From: a bacterium | GTDB taxonomy: Bacteria > UBP15 > UBA6099 > JAJRTR01 | DNA length: 52,141 nucleotides | Direction: 5' to 3' | Assembly: GCA_024278215.1 (NCBI GenBank) | Contig: JAJRTR010000031.1 | Location: 1 to 52,141, forward strand | Shown: one piece after another, positions 40,238 to 50,200 of the stretch | Layout of the letters: each line of letters starts with the position of its first letter | How positions within the stretch are numbered: the stretch's first letter is position 1 | Position numbers and translations under genes: made by a program | Notes under the pieces: model-generated | The model's input: the letters and a program-made list of their open reading frames with translations, nothing else | The model's database searches: none | What the model was told of the DNA's origin: nothing

Positions 40238-40999
40238 ATGATCGAAGAACGATTCGCAGGCGGGGGAACTATGCTTCACCGCGCCGACCCACAGGTCAAG
40301 ATAATTGCTGCCGTGCTGTTTTCCATTGTCGTCGCCGTTGCGTCCGACCCGGTGATGCTCGCGGCGGCTATTATGTTTTCGCTTGCGTTGATCATTTCAG
40401 CGAGGTTCGCCTTCAAACCGGTTTTTCATACACTCCTCGCCGTCAACAGTTTCATTATCTTTATCTGGTTCATTATGCCGTTCAGTTTTCCGGGGTACCC
40501 GGTCTTCGAGATCGGGCCGCTGACGGCGACCGCCGAAGGGATACGGTACTGCGCGGTTCTTACAATGAAGTCCAACGCGATCATTATGGCGAATCTTGCG
40601 CTGTTTTCGACATCGTCGCTCGTCAGCCTCGCGCACGCTCTGAGCCACATGCGTGTGCCGGCGAAACTCATACACATTTTCTTCTTCTGCATTCGTTACA
40701 TACATGTGATGCAGATGGAATACACACGATTGAGAAACGCGCTGAAAGTTCGTTGCTTCACTCCGAAAACAGACATGCACACATACCGAACATACGCGAA
40801 TCTCGTGGGGATGCTGCTCGTGAACAGCTTCGAAAGGTCTGTGCGAATTTACGATGCGATGAAATGCAGAGGGTTCAACGGACAGTATTATGTGCTCGAT
40901 CACTTCGAGCACAAACGCGCGGACAGCATACTTTTTGCAGTATTAATTCTTGGCATTGCCGTCCTCGCTTATCTTGAATGGGGGACTTCGATATTTTGA
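40238..40999 (+). CDS. cbiQ: Cobalt/nickel ECF transporter T component
   Basis: LHRADPQVK, RYIHV...EY.RL..A, GMLLV.SFERS.RIY.AM.CRGF. Confidence 0.9.
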   Translation: MIEERFAGGGTMLHRADPQVKIIAAVLFSIVVAVASDPVMLAAAIMFSLALIISARFAFKPVFHTLLAVNSFIIFIWFIMPFSFPGYPVFEIGPLTATAEGIRYCAVLTMKSNAIIMANLALFSTSSLVSLAHALSHMRVPAKLIHIFFFCIRYIHVMQMEYTRLRNALKVRCFTPKTDMHTYRTYANLVGMLLVNSFERSVRIYDAMKCRGFNGQYYVLDHFEHKRADSILFAVLILGIAVLAYLEWGTSIF

Positions 41000-41640
41000 T
41001 ACATCTCGAGAAAATAAAATTCGCATATCCCGGCGGGCGCGCTGTGCTCGACAACCTGGACTTCGAGATGAAGCCTGGAGACAGGATAGGCATCACAGGC
41101 CCGAACGGCACGGGGAAAACCACTCTTTTTCACCTGATAGTCGGCCTGCTCAGTCCCCTGGCCGGAACGGTGCAGGTGTTCGGAAAAGCGAGAGTCGTGG
41201 AAGACGATTTTTTCGATGTGCGTCGTCGCATCGGGTTCCTGTTCCAGAATGCCGACGACCAGCTTTTCAGTCCTACCGTCGCCGAAGACGTCGCGTTCGG
41301 CCCGTTCAACCTCGGCAAAACACGCCACGAAGTGGAACATCTCGTGCGCTCCACGCTCGAAACACTTAGCATCGAGCACCTCGAACACCGCATCACGCAC
41401 AAACTCTCCGGTGGCGAAAAGCGGCTTGTCTCACTTGCCACAGTACTGTCGATGCAGCCCGAAGTGCTCCTGCTCGACGAGCCCACAACAGGCCTGGCCG
41501 CGGAAACCGAGAAACGCATCGTCGACTTCCTGCTCGGCTCCGGCCTCTCCTACATCGTCATCTCACACGACCTGGATTTCCTTAATAACGTTACCGACAA
41601 GCTAATCACATTAAAGAACGGAAAGTTCGAGTCGCTGTAG
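40978..41640 (+). CDS. cbiO: ECF transporter ATPase
   Basis: GPNGTGKTT, FQNADDQLF.PTV.EDVAFGP, LSGGEK, LLLDEP. Confidence 0.92.
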   Translation: MGDFDILIHLEKIKFAYPGGRAVLDNLDFEMKPGDRIGITGPNGTGKTTLFHLIVGLLSPLAGTVQVFGKARVVEDDFFDVRRRIGFLFQNADDQLFSPTVAEDVAFGPFNLGKTRHEVEHLVRSTLETLSIEHLEHRITHKLSGGEKRLVSLATVLSMQPEVLLLDEPTTGLAAETEKRIVDFLLGSGLSYIVISHDLDFLNNVTDKLITLKNGKFESL

Positions 41641-41666
41641 CTGCGTCAGAGAAATTCATCCCCTTA

Positions 41667-41729
41667 CGCAACGCAGTAGAACAGGCGTTATCGTGATTTT
41701 CCGGATTTCTTTGTGAGAAATGCGGGTTA
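41667..41729. repeat. Family A partial inverted copy overlapping the C45 gene stop codon
   Basis: Reverse complement TAACCCGCATTTCTCACAAAGAAATCCGGAAAATCACGATAACGCCTGTTCTACTGCGTTGCG matches 243-305. Confidence 0.85.
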
Positions 41730-43433
41730 ATACTTCGCCAGCACGGTGCCGACAACGAATTCAGGCGCGACATCTTTCAATTGCGAGGCGCGGAACGGGC
41801 TGTTGATATTCTTTCCCGCCGCCGCCGAGACCGGCTGCGCGTCGAGTTGCGCCGCAACCCTGTAATGATCGACCGCTTTCCCGCGCTGCCCCGCCAGGTC
41901 CAGGCAACGCCCCAGCCACAGCTCAGACTCGGCTTTCATTATCTGCACTTTGTAGTCATATTGCGCATTATTCACAAAGAACGGCAACGCCTGCTCATAC
42001 TGGCCCTGCTTCATCATTATGAAACCCACAAGGCGGCTGTAGACCGGCTCGTCCGGGACGAGTTCCGACGCCCTCCGCAGATGAAACACCGCCAGGTCGT
42101 CCCTGAAGTTGTCGAAATGCGCCACCCACGCTTCCTGGTAGTGGCGCTGCGCCGCGCGTTCGGTGTCGTCGAGTTGGCCCGCGCCGGGGATGTCGGCTAT
42201 CTCGTAATTATCACGGTCCGCGTCGAACAGAGCGGAGATTCTGAAACCGTGGAAGATGTCGCTCATACACACGGGAAAATCGCCATTTGCGATCCACATC
42301 GAGTCGTCGTCGGGTGAAAAAACAACAGATTGAGAATTGTTCGTCGCTCCCACGATATTGCCGGCGATGCGCCTTTTGCCCTCGAAGTAGTCGACACAAT
42401 CCGACATTATACGCGGTACGTCCGCCGGTGCGAGCGAGCCGCGCATTTGCTCGACAAGCTCATGTATCCGCGCGTGTCTCGATTCACTGTGCATCCTCCA
42501 GCAATAGGGCGCGACTTCGTATTTTTTCATCTCTTTGCTGATGTAATGATTTGTGTGGACGAGCACATCGTTTTCAGGTCTGTCGATCTCCATAAAGTTG
42601 GCTGAGAAGCCCGCCGCGACAGCGTCGCGCGCCTTCGAGTCGACAATAAATATCGCCAGTCCGCATATCCTCGGCTGCGCTGCAATCATTTTCGTAGCTT
42701 CATCCAGTGATTTGCATCTCGCGAGAATGTTGCCTACAAGCGTGAAAACCGGGATGCCCGTCAGTCTCACATCGCGGTTGAACTTCGTATGCAGACCCAC
42801 GATAAGGCCCGCCTCGTTCATTCCCTGCCCGCTGCCCGGTACACCCATCGCGCCGATCCAGCAATATTTCATCCCGTCATCGGGTTCCATGAAGATAAAC
42901 GTATTATTTGCATCCCACACACCCTGCCCGAAGAAATCGAAGTTCCTGCCCACCAGCAGTTTGCCCGCCGCTGTGGCCGAATCCCGCGCCATGAAACTCG
43001 AGCACGAGGGCGGCACCGCCATAGCAGGAAATGTTTTTCCTATAAGAAAATGAATGATGTCCGGTACTACCGCGACACGTTCCGCACGGCCCCGCCACGC
43101 GCCGAGCGCCTCGTCGAAACCGATGCAGTGCTCGCGCATCTCCGCGCCAAGCCGTTTGCTGTTCATAACGTAAAAAAGCCATTTCAGCAGCCGGCTCGCC
43201 GGGTTCGCTATCGACTCGGCCGAGTGTTTTATAAGTGTTTCAATCACATCGTCGAAATATCTCAGCACCATATCGCCGCACACTTCCTGCGCCAGGCGCC
43301 CGTGCTGACGGCCCATCTCGCCGTATGTGCCGCGCAGATGCAGAATGTGTATTCCTTTGCGCAGCTCGAGCGTACCCCTGCCGCAGCACTTCATGCCGTC
43401 TTTTTCAACCACTTCTTCTTTGATGTATTCCAT
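41727..43433 (-). CDS. C45-family Ntn hydrolase/acyltransferase with C-terminal TPR
   Basis: GTYGEMGRQHG, SCSSF (nucleophile Cys), GRNFDF, GMNEAGL, HTNHY; TPR-like helices. Confidence 0.85.
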   Translation of the reverse strand: MEYIKEEVVEKDGMKCCGRGTLELRKGIHILHLRGTYGEMGRQHGRLAQEVCGDMVLRYFDDVIETLIKHSAESIANPASRLLKWLFYVMNSKRLGAEMREHCIGFDEALGAWRGRAERVAVVPDIIHFLIGKTFPAMAVPPSCSSFMARDSATAAGKLLVGRNFDFFGQGVWDANNTFIFMEPDDGMKYCWIGAMGVPGSGQGMNEAGLIVGLHTKFNRDVRLTGIPVFTLVGNILARCKSLDEATKMIAAQPRICGLAIFIVDSKARDAVAAGFSANFMEIDRPENDVLVHTNHYISKEMKKYEVAPYCWRMHSESRHARIHELVEQMRGSLAPADVPRIMSDCVDYFEGKRRIAGNIVGATNNSQSVVFSPDDDSMWIANGDFPVCMSDIFHGFRISALFDADRDNYEIADIPGAGQLDDTERAAQRHYQEAWVAHFDNFRDDLAVFHLRRASELVPDEPVYSRLVGFIMMKQGQYEQALPFFVNNAQYDYKVQIMKAESELWLGRCLDLAGQRGKAVDHYRVAAQLDAQPVSAAAGKNINSPFRASQLKDVAPEFVVGTVLAKY

Positions 43434-43583
43434 TAGAAGCCCTTTTCTCCGGTGTAACGCCGATCCTGAACCGGTTCTGAAGATCATACGATTTTACACA
43501 TGAAATACAGTTTGTTCCACATTAATCTTCAAACTGGGATATATTTATCTCATGTATTACAATAGTCATGGAGGCAAACAGCT

Positions 43584-44321
43584 ATGAAAATAACCGTATT
43601 CAACGGAAGCCCGAAGGGGAAGAGATCGAACACGCACATCGTGGTGCAGTCATTTCTCGAAGGCGCGGCGGCAGCCGGTGCGGAAGTGGAAAATGTCTTC
43701 CTCTCGAAGCATGAGATAAAGCATTGCCGCGGTTGCCTCCATTGCTGGATCAAGACACCCGGGAAGTGCATAATAAAAGATGACATGGCCGGCCTTATCG
43801 AGAAGTTCCTCGCTTCCGACATCGCGTGCCTCGCCACACCGCTTTACATAGATAATATATCGGGCATGACAAAGGTATTCCTCGACAGGTTGTGCGCTGT
43901 TGTCGACCCGCATTTCGTGATGGGCGCAGACGGCGAGACACAGCATGTAAAGAACCCGCGCAGGATGCCTGAGATTATGGTCATATCGACATGCGGCTAT
44001 CCCGAGCGGTCGCAGTTCCAGGTGCTCGAGCTGCTCTTCAGGCGCACCGAACGCAACATGAACTCCCGCCTCGTGGCGGAAATCTACCGCAGCCAGGGCA
44101 ACCTGCTCGGCATAGAAAACGAAATGCTCGCGCCGGTTGTCGACGCGTATAAAAAACTTGTCGTGAAAGCGGGCCGCGAACTCGTCGAGAACGGCGGCTT
44201 CACAGACGAAACCATCGCCGCACTCGACAAAGACCTTGTTCCACGCGACATGTACAACGACGGCGCCAACAGGTACTGGGATTCACAACTTGCGAAGTTG
44301 AAGAAAAAAGAAAATACGTAA
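43584..44321 (+). CDS. Flavodoxin-like iron-sulfur flavoprotein (NADPH-dependent FMN reductase family)
   Basis: NGSPKG..SNT, CRGCLHCW...C..KDDM, ATPLY, KVFLDR. Confidence 0.88.
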   Translation: MKITVFNGSPKGKRSNTHIVVQSFLEGAAAAGAEVENVFLSKHEIKHCRGCLHCWIKTPGKCIIKDDMAGLIEKFLASDIACLATPLYIDNISGMTKVFLDRLCAVVDPHFVMGADGETQHVKNPRRMPEIMVISTCGYPERSQFQVLELLFRRTERNMNSRLVAEIYRSQGNLLGIENEMLAPVVDAYKKLVVKAGRELVENGGFTDETIAALDKDLVPRDMYNDGANRYWDSQLAKLKKKENT

Positions 44322-44463
44322 GAGTCGATTGCAAAATTATAGTTTGTAATCAGCCATCAAGAGTTCCTCCCTGGAATTCCGCACCTTTTGGGGAAATACA
44401 TAAGCACGGTTTTTTGATAAAAACACTACAAAAACATGGTGGCTGGTGCTTATAATATAGGTT

Positions 44464-44967
44464 ATGATAACGTACGTGTATATATGCAACAAATGCGACG
44501 GCGACATTGATTCGAGAACCTTCGAACACGAGTACTCGGATTTCCGAACCGCCGACATTTCGCCCGTACCGGCATGTCCGCACTGCGGTACAAACAAATA
44601 TGTGACCAGATTTTTCGGTCACAATGTGTTCAGTACCGAAAAAAAGAAGGATTGCGTTCCCGACCGTTTCGTCCCGATCAATCCGCTGCATAAAAAAGGT
44701 ATCCTGGCCGTCGGTATGCGCATAGCCGACGAGGAGAAAGAAGCGGCGGAAACCGTTGTGCAGAAACTGGTGGAAGTGACTTCTATGGAAGTGATCGAGA
44801 GCCGCAACCCCGAAAAAGACATTATCGCCGACAAACTGAATCTCAAGCAGGGCACACTCGACCGCACACTGTTTGACATACGCCAGAAAAAAATGCTCGA
44901 CGAACTTAAAGAAGGCAAAAAGATCAGCGGATTCTTTATGCCGCTGTCGGGCGATACCTATAATTAG
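44464..44967 (+). CDS. FmdB-like zinc-ribbon protein with C-terminal extension
   Basis: Y.YICNKC ... CPHCG. Confidence 0.65.
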   Translation: MITYVYICNKCDGDIDSRTFEHEYSDFRTADISPVPACPHCGTNKYVTRFFGHNVFSTEKKKDCVPDRFVPINPLHKKGILAVGMRIADEEKEAAETVVQKLVEVTSMEVIESRNPEKDIIADKLNLKQGTLDRTLFDIRQKKMLDELKEGKKISGFFMPLSGDTYN

Positions 44968-45015
44968 CGGTTGAACGGAAACCTGCTCCTGCCGGAATAT
45001 ACGCAAAATATCCGC

Positions 45016-45220
45016 TATCCCGGATTTCTCACAAAGAAATCCGGAGAACCGTGAGAACCCCTATTCTACCGCGTTGCGACGGCGATTCGGGATCGGTCTC
45101 ATACTGGCATTTTGCGCAAGAGCCCGGCTGGCCGGCTGCTCCCTCAACACTCACTTGCCGCGCCTTGTATTATGGGTATTCTTCCGGTTTTCCACCCGCA
45201 CTTGTTAAATATGCGGGCTA
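45016..45220. repeat. MITE-like repeat family A, copy 2
   Basis: TA-TCCCGGATTTCTCACAAAGAAATCCGG...TTAAATATGCGGGC-TA; has a central insertion relative to 244-421. Confidence 0.85.
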
Positions 45221-45535
45221 TCTTCGTTATCCTCGGTCAACAATGCGCCGCTTTGCTTCATTTTTCCTGTAAAAAACAGTATAGGCGCGGGACAGTGAAC
45301 GTGCCCATGTCTACACATCATGCGCATTTATAAGTGTGACACGATACTATTGGTCTGGCGGAGAAGAATCTCGTTTTTCGATCATTATTTGCTGTTGTTA
45401 TCCCGTTGACGGTTACCCCCACTTTCATGTTGTACATTATAAATCTGCCCCAGGATTGTTCACATGCTGAAACAGGAGGTGTATAATAGGCTTCAGTCAT
45501 ACTGAAGGAAATATAACAAAACAGGATGTGACGAT

Positions 45536-46831
45536 TTGAGAATCGAGTTCTGGGGAGCGCGTGGCAGCATTCCGTGTTCGCATCCCGGCACAATAAAATA
45601 TGGCGGCAACACGACGTGTGTGGAGATTCGCACGAGGTCGAACGACTTGATAATACTCGACGCGGGCTCCGGCATCCGCCCGCTCGGCGTGAAAATGATG
45701 AGCAGGATGACGGGCGGCGACGAACTCATTCAACTCGAACAGCTTGTCGATTTCATGGTCGAGGACCTGATAAAGAAATTATCTTCGACACGCCCCGAGT
45801 CTCTGCGCGCGCTCGAAGGGTCGCTCGATTATAAAAACGATGTCCACCTCTTCAACACACACTACCACTGGGACCACATCCAGGGCTGGCCGTTTTTCGT
45901 GCCTGCATATATTCCCGGAAAAAAGATACACATCTACGGACACCTGAAGGCCGACCACAGGCTGGCCGACGTCTATACCGAACAAATGAACAAAACGTAC
46001 TTCCCTGTCAGTCTTGAAATGATGGCGGCGGAAAAGTATTTCTATGAGCTCGGCGAAGACACGGTAAAAGTAGGTGATGCAACGATAACATCGTATTTCC
46101 TCAATCATCCGCAGGGCTGCCTCGGCTACAGGATTGTCAGCGGCGAGATGGTGGTGGCTTTCGCCACAGATGTCGAACACCCGGAAAAGGGGCTCGACGA
46201 AAATGTGTTGAAGCTGGCGGACGGCGCGGATGTGCTGATCTACGATTGCCAGTATACGCCCGAGGAATATGAGCAGAAAAAGAACTGGGGGCACAGCACC
46301 TGGGAAGTCGCGGTCGCTGTCGCAAGGGAAGCCGGTGTGAAAAAGTTGATTATGACGCATCACGACCCCGAGCACGACGACACTTTTATTGAAGAAGTCG
46401 AAAACCGCGCGAAGGAGCAATTTCCGAATCTTATGGCGGCTTATGAAGGACTGGTGCTGACGGATTTTCCGGTCGAGCCGACTCTCGACCTGCAGGAAGA
46501 TGCGCCCGGCGAGTCTGAACTTGCCTCCGGCCCGTCGATAAGATGTAAAAACAGAGTGATTTCCGTCGAGTGCGGTCCCGCTATGCGCAACCTCGCAGAG
46601 CAGCGCGTTATGGAAGAGCTCGACTCACATCTCCAGGTCGGCGCTTTCCGCGCGATATTCGATCTTTCGGCTGTAACTTATTCATCACGCTACGACCTGA
46701 TAGCGCTGGCCGACATTTGCAAGTATCTCCACGAATCACATATCGAACTCGAGATAGTCAATCCCGGCAGTGCGCTCGAACGCAAGCTTATTGAAACAAG
46801 GTTCCGGATTCTCGCGAAGATGAAAAACTGA
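45536..46831 (+). CDS. MBL-fold metallohydrolase (RNase Z/phosphodiesterase-like) with C-terminal STAS-like domain
   Basis: WGARGSIP, YGGNTTC, DAGSG, THYHWDHIQG, WGHS, HHDP; C-terminal IFDLSAVTY...L. Confidence 0.85.
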   Translation: MRIEFWGARGSIPCSHPGTIKYGGNTTCVEIRTRSNDLIILDAGSGIRPLGVKMMSRMTGGDELIQLEQLVDFMVEDLIKKLSSTRPESLRALEGSLDYKNDVHLFNTHYHWDHIQGWPFFVPAYIPGKKIHIYGHLKADHRLADVYTEQMNKTYFPVSLEMMAAEKYFYELGEDTVKVGDATITSYFLNHPQGCLGYRIVSGEMVVAFATDVEHPEKGLDENVLKLADGADVLIYDCQYTPEEYEQKKNWGHSTWEVAVAVAREAGVKKLIMTHHDPEHDDTFIEEVENRAKEQFPNLMAAYEGLVLTDFPVEPTLDLQEDAPGESELASGPSIRCKNRVISVECGPAMRNLAEQRVMEELDSHLQVGAFRAIFDLSAVTYSSRYDLIALADICKYLHESHIELEIVNPGSALERKLIETRFRILAKMKN

Positions 46832-47276
46832 AGTCCCCTGTCGCAGTGCAGGGTGTCTTAAGATGTTTAATCATCGTCCCGAGGGTTGGACCACGGGAAC
46901 GGGTGCGCAGGTGTGGACCTTACTCCCGAACTCATAATCTCCGGGTTCCTGTCCGGTTCCGGCCATGGCGGGTCAGGTCGATCTTACAAGGACAATGTCG
47001 GTACTGTATGTCTCATGTCTCTTTTCCGGGTAGCGCATAACGAAAGAACCTTTAAATTAGAGCCGAAATCTGTTATCCTAATTATTATCGGATGTGCTTA
47101 TTATGTTATGGTGTGGTTTCAACGCAATTAAATAATGCTTATCAACTGTAAAACAATATGAATTTCTCGAATATGACTATAATCCGCCACAATCAACTTT
47201 CAGCAATGTACTTTGCTGAATACTATTCGGGTGCCTGCCGCCGGCCCGTGTACTTCAGAGAAATCAGGAGCAACTG

Positions 47277-50200
47277 ATGAAGAAAGTTTTATTTATTTTA
47301 TCGCTTATCTGCGTTTCCATTATGTTCACAAAGCTGACACAGGCGTTGCCGCATACGGTCACCGGCGCGGGCGACATAATAATCGACGTCTACGACGAAC
47401 TGGGCCAGTTGATAGACTGGGAAGCGGCGACTGTGTCGGTCAGGCTGCCGGGCCCCGACGGTGTCCTGGGCGGTTTCGATGTGGTCTATGAGAAAAAGGA
47501 CGGCACGGCCGACGATGACGACGTGTCTCTGGTTGTCGATGGTGATGTGGAATTCGACGCAGACGGACAGTTACCGGACGACCCGAATTTTACGGGCTAT
47601 ATCGCAGATGGACAAACATATCGCGTTACTGTCGAAGCTGTAGGGTACGCGACGTGGACACAGGATTTCACGTGGAGCACGTCGGCGGTCAATGTCGAAT
47701 CTTCGGCGTGTCTGCACACGGTGAAAGTGACGGCGCAGGACGAATTCGGCACAACCCTTTCCTCTGTACCCGGCATTACACTCTACATACAGGGTGGTAT
47801 GACGGTCACCGACGGCGACGCGAACGACCGCGACGGAATCGCCAACGGTCTGATATATGTCGCGCAGGACCCTTCCGGGCTTTCCGACCCCGCGAGCGCG
47901 ACGGTTGTCGTTCCGGGTTTTCTCACGGTGCAGGACGGTACGAAAACGATCGACTCCGCCGGACAGACGCATTACCTGACTTCTCACGCTTACGCTTTCA
48001 TTATTACAGCCGACGATGAACTGGGCACAACCCTGACACTTACTTCGGCGGACGTAAACTCGATTTCGGGACTTAACAGTGTGGCGGTCGCCGATAACGC
48101 GGGCAGCCTCTACTGGGCAGCTACGGGCGGGCCGGGCGTTATCACGCTTACAATGAACGGTTTCATTGCGACAGACACGGCAAGTACGTATTCTTATGAC
48201 GACTCGACACAACAGACGATAGATTTCACTGCCGCGGGCGACGGCGGAGTGCTGGAATATAACCTGAAAGTGCTCGGCGCGACGGACGAGTTGGGCAATC
48301 ACCTCGGGCTTGCCACCGCTACGATATCTGCCACGAGTTTTACGATTTATTCGCAGCAGGTTTCAGCTGGTGAATCGTATATCGCGGCGGAATCGGGTAC
48401 GGCCGGCTCGCTCGATATCGCCGTGTCGGGATATGTCTCGTCTTCTGCAAACGTTACGCCGGACAACGCGGCGCAACAGACGATAGACTTCGATTTCGGG
48501 GCGGCGTTCGCCGCGGGCATCGACGGCGACGGCCTCAAGTATGCTGTTATGCTCGATTACGTCGAAGACGAAATGGGCAATGTCGTCGCAATCTCCGGGG
48601 CCGACACACTCGCGCTGTACGACAACTCCGATTGCGGCACGGCGTCCACCGCGACTTACGCTGTCGCCCCGTTCTGGGACGCGGGCACGTCGAAGTGGTA
48701 CTCGGCTATCGTGCCCGGAACGTATTACGCGAAATATATGTCGGCGAATTACGTGTCGAGCTGCGACACCGCCGGGATCAGCCCCAACACGAGTGCGCAG
48801 GTGTCGCCCGTATTCACGATGGCGGCCGGAACGGGCCTGAAGTTCCCGCTGGTCGTTTATGTCGCCGACGAGCTTGGGACGGCCACGACGACTACTACGC
48901 TCGACACACTCACGTACAACGGGACCGCGCCGGATTTCGAGAACTCGAATATGGCCGTGTGGGCGACGAACACTACCGCGATATTGCGGGTGTCGACTAC
49001 CGGTTATGTAGATACTGAAGTAACAAACACAGGACTTACCGGTGCGTTCCAGGTGGCGACAAGCGCACAGACGGTAATAAATTACGGAAATTACGCGCAG
49101 AGCGCCGCAGCTCCGACTACGGGCTCGACAAACAACTACCGCGGCCTGGAATACCTGATCAGGGTGGTCGAGGGCGCGAATGTCTATGAAGACGAACTGG
49201 GCAATCAACTGACGCTCGACGGTACGGAAACACTCGAAATATGTTCGGCGGCCGACTGTAGCGGCGGCGGCGACCCGGAAACGCCGATCAGGGAATACTG
49301 GAGCTCGGCGAGCAGTTCGTGGTTTGTCGCGCCGAGTGTGGACGGTGCGGCGCGCACCGTGAGGATAACGGCCACCGGATTCGTGCGCACATCGGACGGC
49401 GCGACACTGAACCTCGACCCGACGACCGCGCAGGAAAGCCCGGCGTGGGACGACGCGGCGGGCGACGGACTGCCGTACCAGATAAAAGTCGCCGGCGGCG
49501 CGGCGGCCCTCGAATCCGAGATCGGTACCGCGCTTACCCTCAACGGTGACGAAATCGTTACTGTCACAACCAACTCGACATGCACCGCGACGCAAACGCC
49601 TCTGATTATAAATTACCAGTCGAACGCCTGGTACATCGCACCCGGCACCACCGGTGTAAAGTATCTCGCCATATACGAACCCGGATTCATAGAAACATGC
49701 GACGGCGCGAGCGTCACCGCGTCGACAACAGGCCAGGTATCGCCCGCTTGGGCGCAGGGCGATGGCGACGGCCTGCCCTACATGATCAAAGCTGTCGACA
49801 CGGCAGGCTACTTCCAGGACGAAATCGGCAACAACCTTTCGTTCAGCGGCACGGAAGTGCTCGAAGTCTGTACGGCGAGTGACTGTTCGGCAACCCAGAC
49901 GCCGACATTCGGCCCGAGCTGGGACGGCACGTCATGGTATATCGCGCCGCAGACCAGCACCGGCTCGAAATGGATAAAAATGTACAAATCGGGATATGTC
50001 GCGACGCGGGACGCCTCGATGGTCGTCCCCAGCGCGTCCGGCCCGCAGGCGATTCCCACCTTCACGATGGCCGCCGGCGACGGAATGAAGTATGCGCTGA
50101 AAGTCACTGCTGCGGATGAACTCGGCAACAGTATAAATATCGCCGCGCTCGGCGCGATTACGTTCAATACCGCCGCGCCGGATTACTCGAGCGCGAACAT

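Noticed and set aside
46832-47276. 6S RNA or riboswitch upstream of the giant protein
   Set aside because: Only local hairpins (a terminator-like stem at about 46835-46855 and a REP-like hairpin); no recognisable consensus. An Infernal scan is needed.
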